Shown in pieces: positions 9,802-20,500 of a DNA stretch of 64,000 nucleotides (position 1 is the first letter of the stretch; each line of letters opens with the position of its first letter). The DNA comes from Planctomycetota bacterium (GTDB lineage: Bacteria > Planctomycetota > UBA8108 > SXIK01), in assembly GCA_965223265.1 (NCBI GenBank), contig OZ244999.1, forward strand, positions 6,400,001-6,464,000, written 5' to 3'. The notes beneath the pieces are model-generated. The model was not told the DNA's origin and ran no database searches. It was given only the letters and a program-made list of their open reading frames with translations. Both the position numbers and the translations under genes were made by a program.

Positions 9802-10770
9802 GTGACGCGAGTCATCGCTACCGGTCTGTTTGTCAATGCAGCACTCTTATTGATTTTCATTGTCCGCCAGCCAACTCCCATTGCCTCGGCCGGCACGGCG
9901 TTGCCGTCGGACGATTGCGCCGACCTCAACGACGACGGCACCGTCGACGTGAGCGACGCGGTCTTCCTGCTCAACTGGCTGTTCGCAGACGGCTCCCCCC
10001 CGCTCTGTAAGCCCGCGATCGAAGGGTTTGTCCTTTTGGGCGACAACGCCGAAGGCTTTCCTGAGTATCTCCACCAGGAGACTGGCATGGAGTTCGTCTT
10101 TGTGCCCGGCGGAAGTTTTTTGATGGGGGCCCAATTCGAAGATCCAAACGGCGACAACTACGACCCTGCGGCGCTCTCTGCAGGAATCATCGATGAGGGG
10201 CCGGTCCACGAAGTCACGCTCAATCCATTCCTCATGTCAAAATTCGAGGTCACTCAAGATCAGTGGCTGCAAGTCGTCGGAGACAACCCATCCGTTTTTC
10301 CCGGCGCCGATCAGCCGGTCGATTCCATCTCCTGGGACCAGATTCAATTGTTTGAGGAGCGGACGGGATTCGCCTTGCCGTCAGAGGCACAGTGGGAGTA
10401 CGCCTGTCGCTCTGGTACATCGACCCCCATTGCCGGCACCGGCGTCTTGGACGACATGGGCTGGTTCGCGTCGAACGCCGAGCTCGCCCCTCATCCGGTG
10501 GGCGAGAAGCTTCCCAACCAGTTCGGAATTCATGACATGCACGGCAACGTTAAGGAATGGGTGGAAGACTCATTCGTCGACGACTTCTACGCTTCTCCTG
10601 AAGGTGCTGGCCCAGACCCGGTCGCCAGCGGCCCATCATTGACACGCGGCGTCCGCGGCGGCTGCTGGGCAGACATCGAAGAGAACTGCCGGGCGTCGCA
10701 GCGGATCTTCATTCCCTCAAGCGGGCAGGATTCATGCGTCGGCTTTCGGGTCGTTGCGAGAATCCGTTGA
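9802..10770 (+). CDS. FGE/SUMF1-domain protein with N-terminal dockerin-like motif
   Basis: DLNDDGTVDVSDAVFLLNWLF; FEVTQDQW, LPSEAQWEYACR, PNQFGIHDMHGNVKEW, RGG, GFRV; GTG start behind GGAGG. Confidence 0.88.
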   Translation: MTRVIATGLFVNAALLLIFIVRQPTPIASAGTALPSDDCADLNDDGTVDVSDAVFLLNWLFADGSPPLCKPAIEGFVLLGDNAEGFPEYLHQETGMEFVFVPGGSFLMGAQFEDPNGDNYDPAALSAGIIDEGPVHEVTLNPFLMSKFEVTQDQWLQVVGDNPSVFPGADQPVDSISWDQIQLFEERTGFALPSEAQWEYACRSGTSTPIAGTGVLDDMGWFASNAELAPHPVGEKLPNQFGIHDMHGNVKEWVEDSFVDDFYASPEGAGPDPVASGPSLTRGVRGGCWADIEENCRASQRIFIPSSGQDSCVGFRVVARIR

Positions 10771-10809
10771 GCAAAACATGTCACCTCCAACCGACCGGAA
10801 CCTGATCCC

Positions 10810-12102
10810 ATGCGTTTTCTCATTTCAACGGCTTCGCTCCTGGTAATGGTTCACTCCACCACTTCGCTCGAGGCGCAGAAATTCGAGCCTAACTACGACG
10901 AAAGCAAGATCCCTGCGTACCGCTTGCCTGAACTCCTGGTGACAGCAGACGGAGCCAAAGTCGACAGCGCTGATGCTTGGTTCAATCGCCGCCGACAGGA
11001 GGTCCTCCGGCTCTTTGAAACGCACATCTATGGACGAGCGCCCGGCCGTCCATTTCGCATGACGTTTCGTGAAAGGGACGTGAGACGAGATGCTTTGGGA
11101 GGTCGAGCGACCCGCAAGCAAGTCGCAATCGACGTGCACGGCAACGGCCACGCGACGACGCTCAACCTACTGCTCTATGTTCCCAACGCTGCGCAACCGG
11201 CGCCGGTCTTTCTCGGACTCAACTTTCGCGGCAATCACACCGTCCACACTGATCCGGAAATCTTCTCGCCCATTGTGTTTGAGTCGAGTGGTCGCGGCCG
11301 TGAACTGGAGCCCCGTTTGGGTGACGACGAGGCGCGCGGATCGAACGCCAGCCGCTGGCCGGTGGAGCTCATCGTCGAGCGCGGCTACGCTCTGGCCACG
11401 ATGTACTACGGTGACATCGATCCGGACTTCGACGACGGATTTCGTAACGGTGTGCATCCACTCTTCTACAACCGCGGCCAGACGCAACCGGCGCCCGACG
11501 AGTGGGGAGCCATCGCGGCCTGGGCTTGGGGTCTTCGGCGAGCGGCAGATTATCTCGCATCTGATCCCGACATCGACGGCACTCGCATGGCACTTCTAGG
11601 CCACTCTCGTCTCGGCAAGACGGCGCTCTGGGCGGGCGCGCAAGACGAGAGATTCGGGATCGTGATTTCAAACAATTCCGGCTGCGGTGGTGCGGCACTG
11701 AGTCGGCGTCGTTTCGGCGAAACGGTTGGACGCATCAACACAGTGTTCCCCCACTGGTTCTGTGCCAACTTCAAACACTTCAACGAGCGCGAGGACGAGC
11801 TGCCGATCGACCAGCACATGCTCATCGCACTGATTGCCCCGCGCCGCGCTTACGTTGCCAGCGCCGTCGAAGATCGCTGGGCCGACCCGCATGGAGAATT
11901 CCTCGCGGCGCAGCACGCGGAGCCGGTCTATCGTCTCCTTGGTCACGGCTCGGTGAATAGCGCTGAGCAGCCTCCCGTGGATCAGCCCGTTGGCGACTTT
12001 GTTGGCTACCATGTGCGCAGTGGCAAGCACGATGTAACGCGATTCGACTGGGAGCGCTACCTCGACTTCGCCGATCGACATTTCGGGGGCGCTGCGAAGT
12101 GA
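10810..12102 (+). CDS. secreted CE15-like esterase (glucuronoyl/acetylxylan esterase family)
   Basis: Signal peptide, NYDESK, WGAIAAWAWG, nucleophile motif GHSRLGK, DQHMLIALIAPR, WADPHGE. Confidence 0.88.
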   Translation: MRFLISTASLLVMVHSTTSLEAQKFEPNYDESKIPAYRLPELLVTADGAKVDSADAWFNRRRQEVLRLFETHIYGRAPGRPFRMTFRERDVRRDALGGRATRKQVAIDVHGNGHATTLNLLLYVPNAAQPAPVFLGLNFRGNHTVHTDPEIFSPIVFESSGRGRELEPRLGDDEARGSNASRWPVELIVERGYALATMYYGDIDPDFDDGFRNGVHPLFYNRGQTQPAPDEWGAIAAWAWGLRRAADYLASDPDIDGTRMALLGHSRLGKTALWAGAQDERFGIVISNNSGCGGAALSRRRFGETVGRINTVFPHWFCANFKHFNEREDELPIDQHMLIALIAPRRAYVASAVEDRWADPHGEFLAAQHAEPVYRLLGHGSVNSAEQPPVDQPVGDFVGYHVRSGKHDVTRFDWERYLDFADRHFGGAAK

Positions 12103-12162
12103 GGTCTGGCTCGAGTTCGCGGTGGATCTTGCGGTTCACGTCGCGGTGCGACAGCCGTCACG

Positions 12163-13383
12163 TCACTTGAGCGCCGCGAGAGCCGCGCCAACGCGAGCCA
12201 TGCCCTCGTCGATCGTGGCAGGCGGTACGGCGTACGCGAAACGTAGGTGCCCGGCGCGCAAAAACTCGCTTCCCGGCGTGGCGACGACATGCTGCGAGTC
12301 GAGAATGAAGCGAGCCAACTGCTTGTCGTCGGCAATCGTCTCACCTTTCGGCGTCCTGCGGCCGATGTAAGCACTCATATCCGGGAAGAAATAAAACGCG
12401 CCTCGCGGCGGGTGCCAAACCGCATCCGGCGCAGCCGTGCGAAAACGCTTCAGAAGACGATCGCGCCGGTCACACAGCGCATTGCGAATTGCGTGCCGCA
12501 GACGAAAATCGGCGTCCTGTCGCAGCAACGTCTCGTATCCTTTCTGCGTCGGCAGATTGACGCACGAGGAAGCGTTTCCCTCGACAGTGGTGAGGGTCCT
12601 CATGTGCTCGACTGGGCCAGCAACGAAACCAAGTCGGAGTCCTGTTCCCGAGACCTCCTTCGACATGCCGCCGATGACAAACGTGCGTTCGGGCAAAAGC
12701 GACGCCATGCTGGCGTACTCGACTCCGTCGTAGCGCACCGTGCGATAGACCTCGTCAGCGATGACCGCAACGTCCTCGTGGCGCCGGAGCACGCGCGCCA
12801 GCTCCTCGAGTAGCGGCCTGTCGTAGACCGCCCCGGTTGGGTTGTTCGGCGAGTTGATTACGATTGCGGCAATCGTGTCATCGTTCTGCAACAGGCTGTC
12901 GAGAGCGTTCGGGTCCGGCAAGAAGTGAGCGTCGGTCTCGAGGCGAATAGGCCCCTTTCCCGTCAGCAGCGCGGGAATGTTTTCGAACGACTCGTAACCC
13001 GGCACGAGCATCACGAGTCGGTGACGCTTCGCGGTGGGATTGAGAATCGTCAATCCGACCTTGAAGATGGCGTCCTTAGGTCCGGGGCAAACCGCTATTT
13101 GCTCGCTGGAATACGACAGGCCGAACCGATCAAGGTCGACGCGAATGGCGTCCACCAAAGCCGGATCCCCCGCCGCTGGGGAATAGTGCGTTGCGTCGGC
13201 GTCGAGCGCCGCCCGCATGCCATCCTTGACGAGTTGCGGCACAGGAATCTCTGGATTCATCTCACCGATGCCGAAGTCGAATACGACTTCGCCGCGCGCG
13301 CGCAGTTCGTCGGCGACCGCCTTGATCTCAAGTGTCGGCGACGGTTTGAGATCGCGAGCCCACTGGGAATGGCAAAGGGGCAT
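12163..13383 (-). CDS. PLP-dependent aminotransferase class I/II (aspartate aminotransferase-like)
   Basis: SPNNPTG, DEVY, MSKEVSGTGLRLG, GAFY, LRFAYA. Confidence 0.9.
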   Translation of the reverse strand: MPLCHSQWARDLKPSPTLEIKAVADELRARGEVVFDFGIGEMNPEIPVPQLVKDGMRAALDADATHYSPAAGDPALVDAIRVDLDRFGLSYSSEQIAVCPGPKDAIFKVGLTILNPTAKRHRLVMLVPGYESFENIPALLTGKGPIRLETDAHFLPDPNALDSLLQNDDTIAAIVINSPNNPTGAVYDRPLLEELARVLRRHEDVAVIADEVYRTVRYDGVEYASMASLLPERTFVIGGMSKEVSGTGLRLGFVAGPVEHMRTLTTVEGNASSCVNLPTQKGYETLLRQDADFRLRHAIRNALCDRRDRLLKRFRTAAPDAVWHPPRGAFYFFPDMSAYIGRRTPKGETIADDKQLARFILDSQHVVATPGSEFLRAGHLRFAYAVPPATIDEGMARVGAALAALK

Positions 13384-13438
13384 TAGTTCTCCTGCGTTGG
13401 TGCGTCGAAGGGCTCAAGCGACGCTGGCGGCTGCACGT

Positions 13439-14233
13439 TCATCGGAGATGCACCCCGGGACCGCTAGAGCCGATCATCTGAATGCTGTTGTAGATCGATG
13501 CGGGCGTGCTAGCTCCCGTCACGCCCGTGATCGACTCAACGCGTTCGACGTGAAGCTCGACGCCGGGACCTTTCGCATCGATCGCCACCGTAGCCGTCGA
13601 CCAATCGGGATTGACGACGAGCGTAGCGCGTGTGCGGTCGAAGCCCAAACCCGCGTATGCGATCGTCGCCAGGGTGTTAACGTTGCGCGGGAACCGCGGA
13701 CAAATCTGCCGCACCGGCCCTTCGTAGAGCACGGTCTCGCCGGTGATCGTGTCGGGATCAACGCCAGCAGCGGCGCAATCGACGTTCTTCGGCGGCTTTT
13801 TCATGGTGACGTGGACGTCGGTCCAAACTTGGCGATTTTCGAGCAGCGCGTCCATACCGACGACACCGCCGTGCGGCACATAGACCCGCGTGCCCGAGGC
13901 AAGAGCAGTCGTCCGGAGCTCCTCCTCGAGTTCACGGTCGGCTAGAGCCGTGACAGAAATCGGCATGTAGTCGGCTTCTTGAAGAAACTTTCGGCCCCAC
14001 TTGCGGCTGACGTCAGGATGCGCCATCTCAACGATCAGGTCTGCTCGGCGCGACGCAAAGTCGCCGAGGTCCTTCAAAGCCAGCTCGGACGGTAGTGCCT
14101 CGAGCCGCGAAGCATCCGCATCGTGAACGAATACGACTTCCATGCCGTTTTCGGCATCTTCGATCATCGAATGGATCACCTCGCCGATGTGCCCGTAACC
14201 GACAAGGCCAACGCGTTTCGTCTGTGTGGTCAT
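13439..14233 (-). CDS. aspartate dehydrogenase (NadX/DUF108)-family oxidoreductase, divergent
   Basis: GYGHIG Rossmann motif, VEMAH, HGGVVGMD, KKPP, FPRNVN. Confidence 0.8.
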   Translation of the reverse strand: MTTQTKRVGLVGYGHIGEVIHSMIEDAENGMEVVFVHDADASRLEALPSELALKDLGDFASRRADLIVEMAHPDVSRKWGRKFLQEADYMPISVTALADRELEEELRTTALASGTRVYVPHGGVVGMDALLENRQVWTDVHVTMKKPPKNVDCAAAGVDPDTITGETVLYEGPVRQICPRFPRNVNTLATIAYAGLGFDRTRATLVVNPDWSTATVAIDAKGPGVELHVERVESITGVTGASTPASIYNSIQMIGSSGPGVHLR

Positions 14234-14423
14234 CTTGAGCTCCTTCTGATGCTCGCCGGCCGCGGTCGCAATTCAAGTGCCGCGCGGCTCGGACGCCGCG
14301 ACCTCACGGAGACCGAGCGGAACGGACTCCTCACTGTAGCATAGCCGCTGACGCGTTGCCAAAGTCTCTGTGGCGCGCGCTTTCGTTCGCTAGCGCTGGT
14401 CACGGGATGTCCATGAGCATCCG

Positions 14424-14765
14424 TTCGGAATCAGCTTCGGAGACGCAGAGACGGAGACAGATGCAGAGGCGGACTCCGAGCATCGGTGCGTGCTCGTACC
14501 CGGACGCCACCGAGACCGAAGCGGAGAAGGAAACAGACGCCCACTCGCCCACTCGCCCACGCCCACGCCCACTCCCACGCACTCTCACTCTCACTCGCAC
14601 ACGGAACGGGAACGCAAAGGCGCCTATGGTCCGACTGTTGTCAACGGGGGAGTTTTCTTTTCTTGCTTGTGTCTTCAATCCGACGTGACGCACACCCCAG
14701 GCAGACGCTCACGCAATCGCAATCCCGCAGGGCTTAGGAGCTCGTCTCCTTGCAACAATGGGGTC
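14424..14765. repeat. degenerate hexamer-repeat module (GA-rich then CA-rich), related to 47020-47390
   Basis: cactcgcccacgcccacgcc arrays; shared block cacgcaatcgcaatc...ttgcaacaatggggt. Confidence 0.6.
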
Positions 14766-14772
14766 TGATTCC

Positions 14773-15102
14773 GCCTCCGCCTCTGATTCCGAATCTGTCT
14801 CTGCCTCCGCCTCTGATTCCGAATCTGTCTCTGCCTCCGCCTCTGATTCCGAATCTGTCTCTGCCTCCGCCTCTGATTCCGAATCTGTCTCTGCCTCCGC
14901 CTCTGATTCCGAATCTGTCTCTGCCTCCGCCTCTGATTCCGAATCTGTCTCTGCCTCCGCCTCTGATTCCGAATCTGTCTCTGCCTCCGCCTCTGATTCC
15001 GAATCTGTCTCTGCCTCCGCCTCTGATTCCGAATCTGTCTCTGCCTCCGCCTCTGATTCCGAATCTGTCTCTGCCTCCGCCTCTGATTCCGAATCTGTCT
15101 CC
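14773..15102. repeat. tandem array, 11 x 30 bp (gcctccgcctctgattccgaatctgtctct)
   Basis: Directly visible 30-bp periodicity, essentially perfect, with no spacers. Confidence 0.97.
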
Positions 15103-15312
15103 GCTTCCGCCTCGGTCTGGTCGCTGGTTGAGGGAAACCTGAGATCGCTCGTCTTCACCTTCCCTGCGCCGCGGACTCTGTGGTTCAATCTCTGTCAGAG
15201 CAAGGGATCGAAAACCACGTCAGCCGTCGCACGTTCTTTTCTTCTTCAAGATCCTTTATGTCCTCTACGGTGGGCCGCCTGCCACCATGGCTTCCTCGAA
15301 CGAGAAAGAGCT

Positions 15313-15675
15313 ATGCCGTTTATCGAAATCGATCAAGTGAGACCTCTTGAACTGCTACCTGGTTGCCGCTTGCGGACGCCGTACGGAAAGCACCTCATGT
15401 TTTCCTATCTGGAGATGGACGAGGGCGCGATCGTCCCCCTGCACTCACACCCCCACGAGCAAGGCGGCATGTTGCTTGAGGGACGGATGGAGCTAACGAT
15501 CGGCGATGAGACTCGCTGTGTCGAATCCGGCGCCATGTTCATCATTCCGCCGAATACGCCACACAAGGCCGTCGCTGTCGGGGGGCGCGCCGTCATCCTC
15601 GACGTTTTCAGTCCCGTGCGCGAAGACTACGCCGAGATGTACAACAAGTACGTTCCGACCGCCGACACCGACTGA
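15313..15675 (+). CDS. cupin domain protein
   Basis: VPLHSHPHEQ and IPPNTPH motifs, DVFSPVREDY; ATG 15313 preferred over the repeat-spanning upstream ATG. Confidence 0.9.
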   Translation: MPFIEIDQVRPLELLPGCRLRTPYGKHLMFSYLEMDEGAIVPLHSHPHEQGGMLLEGRMELTIGDETRCVESGAMFIIPPNTPHKAVAVGGRAVILDVFSPVREDYAEMYNKYVPTADTD

Positions 15676-15724
15676 ATCCATCGCGACAGAGCGCGCGTTT
15701 GGCGATCGCGTGGCGCCAGGCTAA

Positions 15725-15883
15725 CAGCCTGTTGAAGAAGTGCTTCGAGTCGAAAACTGGTCGCTTCGCGTCCAGATCGACCGCGGCGAACGCAGGTAAT
15801 CTCCGAGATTTTCGAGGCTCGCCGCGGTCGATCTGGGCGTGAAGAGGCCAGTTTCTCGGCCGAATGACTTTTTCAACGGGCTG
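15725..15883. mobile_element. MITE-like fold-back element A, full copy (159 bp)
   Basis: Ends cagcctgttgaa...ttcaacgggctg; CTAA on both sides; homologous to 44757 and 59519. Confidence 0.85.
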
Positions 15884-15887
15884 CTAA

Positions 15888-16142
15888 CTCGAGTTTGGCC
15901 ATTTCGCGTCGAGCCTGGGAACGCCAGGAGCGTCGAGGCCAAGGAGCGACGACAACGCGATCCCGCTGCGATCGTGGCGGAGGAGCGACGCAGGCATCGG
16001 CGCTCCTGGCGTTCCCCGAAGGGCCGGACAGGAGTTTTTGAACATGCACAAGGGTTCTCAGGGTACTAAAAAGTCGAAAGGGCCTTTTGAATTCCCGCGA
16101 AACTCGTCCGGCCAGGCCGGCGCGAAATGGCCAAACTCGAGG
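15888..16142. mobile_element. MITE-like element B (about 255 bp)
   Basis: 21-bp perfect TIR ctcgagtttggccatttcgcg / cgcgaaatggccaaactcgag; second copy at 59682; CTAA flanks. Confidence 0.8.
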
Positions 16143-17591
16143 CTAAGCCAACAGATCCTCGACGACATGGCCGGAGACGTCGGTGAGACGATGGTTGCGG
16201 CCCTGAAAGCGGAACGTCAAATCGGTGTGATCAATTCCGAGGAGGTGGAGCATCGTGGCGTGCAGATCATGCACATGCACGGGATCTTTGACGACGTTGT
16301 AGCCAAAATCGTCCGTCTGTCCGTGCACGATGCCGCCGCGAATGCCGCCACCAGCCATCCAAATGCTGAAGCACCGCGGATGATGGTCACGACCGAAGCT
16401 CTTAGCTGTGATCTTGCCCTGACTGTAAGTCGTGCGCCCGAACTCTCCGCCCCACACCACGAGAGTCTCGTCGAGCAGGCCACGTTCCTTGAGATCCTCA
16501 ACGAGAGCCGCCGCGGCTTGGTCGGTGTTTTTGGCCTGCCGCCGAATCTCAGCCGGCAAGTTGCCATGGTGATCCCAGTCGCGGTGGTAGAGCTGGATGA
16601 AACGAACGCCTCGCTCCACCAGTCGGCGCGCAAGGAGTGCATTGTTCGCGAACAGCCCAGACTTACCCGGCTCAGCCCCGTACTTCTCCAGAACGCTGGC
16701 CGGTTCGCGCGAAATGTCGGTCAGCTCCGGCACGCTCGTCTGCATCCGGTACGCCATTTCGTACGCATTGATGCGCGTGACGATTTCAGGGTCGCCAAAC
16801 GCCTCGAGTTGGATTTCGTTGAGAGACCGGACGACGTCGAGAAGTTTGCGGCGGTTGGCGCCGTCGATTCCGGGCGGGTTCTTCACGAACAGGACCGGAT
16901 CGCCCGCGGAGCGAAACTGGACGCCTTGAAAGCGACCGGGCAGAAACCCGGTCCCCCAGTAACGTGCTTGAAGCGGCTGCCCGCCGCTGCCGGATAGGAG
17001 GACGACAAACCCAGGCATGTCGCTGTTCTCGCTACCTAGACCGTACGACAACCACGCTCCCATACTCGGTCGACCGGGCTGCTGATGCCCTGTGTTGATG
17101 AAGGTGACCGCAGGGTCATGATTGATCGGCTCGGTGTACATCGACCGCACCAAGGCGATCTCAGGCGAAATGCGGTGGATGTTGGGCAGGATCTCCGCCA
17201 CTTCAACGCCAGTTTCAGCATGCCTGAGAAAACCATGCGGCGCGCCCACCATCGGAAAACTCTTCTGGCCACTCGTCATGCCAGTGAGACGCTGACCCTG
17301 TCGCACGGAGTCGGGCAAGTCCTGGCCTTGCACCTCTCGGAGCCTCGGTTTGGGGTCGTAGAGGTCGATGTGCGACGGCGCGCCCGACTGAAACATGTAG
17401 ATCACACGTTTCGCCTTCGGAGCGAAATGAAGGCGTTCGAGTGCGCCATGGGACGTCGGCTCCAAGCTCGACTTGGCCGCCAGCTTGTCGTTCAGCAAGG
17501 ACGCAAGCGCGATGAGGCCGAGTCCTCCGCGACCACGGCCGAAAAACTGCCGCCGCGTCTCGAGTCGCCTCAGCTCCAAATCGAGGTGCAT
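16143..17591 (-). CDS. DUF1501 domain protein
   Basis: TRRQFF, HFAPKAKRVIYMFQSGAPSH, WDHH, VWGGEFGRT, GRDHHP, HVHDLHAT. Confidence 0.93.
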   Translation of the reverse strand: MHLDLELRRLETRRQFFGRGRGGLGLIALASLLNDKLAAKSSLEPTSHGALERLHFAPKAKRVIYMFQSGAPSHIDLYDPKPRLREVQGQDLPDSVRQGQRLTGMTSGQKSFPMVGAPHGFLRHAETGVEVAEILPNIHRISPEIALVRSMYTEPINHDPAVTFINTGHQQPGRPSMGAWLSYGLGSENSDMPGFVVLLSGSGGQPLQARYWGTGFLPGRFQGVQFRSAGDPVLFVKNPPGIDGANRRKLLDVVRSLNEIQLEAFGDPEIVTRINAYEMAYRMQTSVPELTDISREPASVLEKYGAEPGKSGLFANNALLARRLVERGVRFIQLYHRDWDHHGNLPAEIRRQAKNTDQAAAALVEDLKERGLLDETLVVWGGEFGRTTYSQGKITAKSFGRDHHPRCFSIWMAGGGIRGGIVHGQTDDFGYNVVKDPVHVHDLHATMLHLLGIDHTDLTFRFQGRNHRLTDVSGHVVEDLLA

Positions 17592-17596
17592 TCGAG

Positions 17597-20500
17597 TTAC
17601 CTCTTCGTGATGGTCTCGTCTAAGTTGAAGAGCACATTCGCCAACGTCGTCCACGCCGCCACCTCCGCCACACTCAGCTGCTCGGGCATGTCGGCGTCGC
17701 CGACTTCAGTGAGCTCGCGTGCCGCCTCAACGTCCTGCGCGAATCGCGCCGACTGTTCTGAGTAGACGCCTAGAAGAAGTCGCTCCTCGTCGGCGCTGGG
17801 CGGTCGCGCCAAGCAGGTTCGAAAGGCGAATCGAACGCGCTCTTGAGCGGTGTCACCCCCCTCGAGAAGAATTCGCTGCGCGAAGACGCGCGCGGCTTCG
17901 ACGTAGACAGGATCATTCATGAGCACCAACGCCTGCAGCGGTGTGTTGGTCACCGGACGGCGGACAACGCACACTTCTCGACTCGGGGCGTCGAAGGTTA
18001 CCATCGAAGGATACGGAAGCGACCGCTTCCAGTAGACATATAGACCACGGCGGTACTGGTCGTCGCCTTCGCTTCGGACGTAGTACTGACTGGAGAATCT
18101 GCCGCCGATCGAGATCTGCTTCCACAACCCCTCAGGTTGGTAAGGCCGCACGCTCTCACCCCCGACGCGCCGGTCCAGGAGACCGCCCATGGCGAGTGCG
18201 CTGTCGCGAATCATCTCGGCTGCCAAACGCTGCTTGGGACCACGGGCAAGAAGACGATTCTGAGGATCCCGTTCATAGAGCTCCGGCGTCACTCGACTCG
18301 ATTGCCGATATGTCGACGAAGTCACGATCAACTTCAGCATCTTCTTAACGTCCCACTCCGTATCGATCAACGCGCGAGCCAGCCAATCGAGGAGCTCGGG
18401 ATGGCTTGGGGCTTCACCCTGTACTCCGAAGTCCTCACTCGTGGCAACAAGACCGATGCCGAAGAACTGCTGCCAAAACCGATTGACGGTGACGCGACCC
18501 GTCAGCGGATGCGACGGGTCGATGAGCCACTTAGCGAGCGTCAATCGATCGGCGGTGGTTCCAGTGGGAAGCGGTGGAAGAAACGCTGGCACCCCGGCGC
18601 GCACCTTCTCACCCTTGAGTCGATAGTCACCGCGCACAAGCACGAAGGTCTCGCGCGGTTTTTCCATCTCCTGCATCACCATCGTCGTTGGGAGGGCGTC
18701 CCTTGCGGTCTTACGTTCTTCCTTGAACTTCGCGATCTGCGCCACAAGCTCTCGTCCGGGCTCAGAAACGTTCGTGCGAAAGTGATCACGCACCTTGGCC
18801 CTTTGCTCGTCGCTGCGAGACGCAGCTGAGCGCGAGCGCACGATCTCTTCGACATCCTCCGGCGTCGCTCGCCCGGCCGCGGCCATCGAACGAAAGTAAA
18901 AGCCAGAACGATTGCCCAGATTGCTGATCTTGACGAGCAGCGTGTTCGATCCCGGCCGCAGTGTGGTGTCCACCCGATCCTCGTCGGCTTGAACGCCACG
19001 CGAGGCGTTGTTATTCAGGATCTCCTGATCGTTGAGCCAAACGCGAATACCATCGTTGCTGCCAAAAAAGAGAGTCACCGACCGATCGTCAGTGGTCGCC
19101 AGCTCGCGAGTCAGGTAGACGGCTGTGTTGCCGACACCGAGCAGGTCGCCGGTAAAGTCATACGCGATCCCGTCCTTCCATTCTTGGCGCTCCTGCCACC
19201 TGAGCTGTGCTGTCGCACCATCGCGAACCGGGTAGGACTTTTTTAGATCGAGCTCACCGTTCTTGAGGTCGACCTCCGGTCCAAACTCTTCCTTGAAGGA
19301 ACCGTCATCGCCGTCAAGTTTGGATTCGAATGGTCCAATCGCAAACCAGTTGCTGAGCTTAGGCGGGGCGTTGCGGTCGTAGAACGCGCGATCATTGGTC
19401 ACTGCGAGTCGGAAGCAGCCGAGTACCTCCCGGGCGCGATCGGACTCGTGCCGAAGCTTGATGGTCAAACGCGTCCCGCCAGGGTAGCCAATCGGATCCC
19501 CGAGAAAGAATCTTGCCTTGAAACTCGTACGATCGTCGCCGTCGGTGCGTCGCACAGACCAGCCGCTCTGTGGGTTGCCGTCGACGGCTTTCAGCGCCTC
19601 GTAGCTTTTCTCGCTGTAGCTCGCCATGGCGGCGACGATCGGCAATACGATCGGCGCGCCGGATCCATCGCGCGGCGCCGCCGCCACCTCGACTCCGGTG
19701 AGAGTGAACACGCCACGCTCCGGATGTCTCCCCGGCCCGCCCTGTGGCAGTGCCGGATCCACCAAGGCTTCGAGCTCTAGGACCCCGATGGCGTCGAGAT
19801 CAGTGTCGACGTCCAAGGTGTATACATCGCGCGCTGGATTCTCACCGCTGACCAGTACCGAATCGTCTTCGCGCACCGTCAGGGTCGAGCCACCGGTCGA
19901 CGCGAGCTCGACGGGCTTGAGGATCTGCCATCGAACCGGGGGTCGCGCGCGGAATTCCTCCTCCCACGCTAGCTGCGCCGAATCGAGTTCCTCGTTGGGC
20001 TCTATCAGATCCGTCTCGAGGGCCGCGATGCGCTCGTCGAATACCACTATACGTCGCATGTCCTCCGGCGACGGCACCGGGATGCTCGGAACTGGGTTGG
20101 TGCGAGACCCGTCCAGACCCTTCTCCGGCACGTTGTGGAAAAACGCGTAGAACTGATAGTACTCGCGCTGTGTGATCGGATCGAACTTGTGATCGTGGCA
20201 CTCGGCGCACCCAAGCGTCAGCCCCATCCAAACCGTCGCTGTGGTCGTGACGCGATCGCCGACATACTTCGTGAGATACTCCTCGGGGATGGCGCCGCCT
20301 TCGAAGTTGACCATGACGTTGCGATTGAACCCGGAAGCAATCCGCTGCTCTACGGTCGCGTTCGGAAGCATATCGCCCGCCAGCTGCTCGATCGTGAACT
20401 GGTCGAAGGGTTGATTCGCATTGAATGCATCGACAACCCAGTCGCGCCACTTCCACATGTCGCGGTGGTTGTCGATGTGATAGCCGTTGGTGTCGGCAAA

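Noticed and set aside
14773-15102. CRISPR array
   Set aside because: Units are contiguous with no unique spacers, and no cas genes are present
14709-15188. Repeat-encoded ORFs (EAEAETDSES on minus, PPPLIPNLSL on plus)
   Set aside because: Several frames are open only because the 30-bp unit lacks stops; no RBS or domain support
15721-16069. Short ORFs recurring at 15.7, 44.6-44.9, 50.5 and 59.5-59.9 kb
   Set aside because: They are translations of elements A/B, with stops and frames not conserved between copies and no transposase motifs
16038-16997. 319-aa plus-strand ORF and similar long antisense ORFs (e.g. 37266-38282, 20135-20938, 3286-4059)
   Set aside because: Shadow frames opposite well-supported genes in GC-rich DNA
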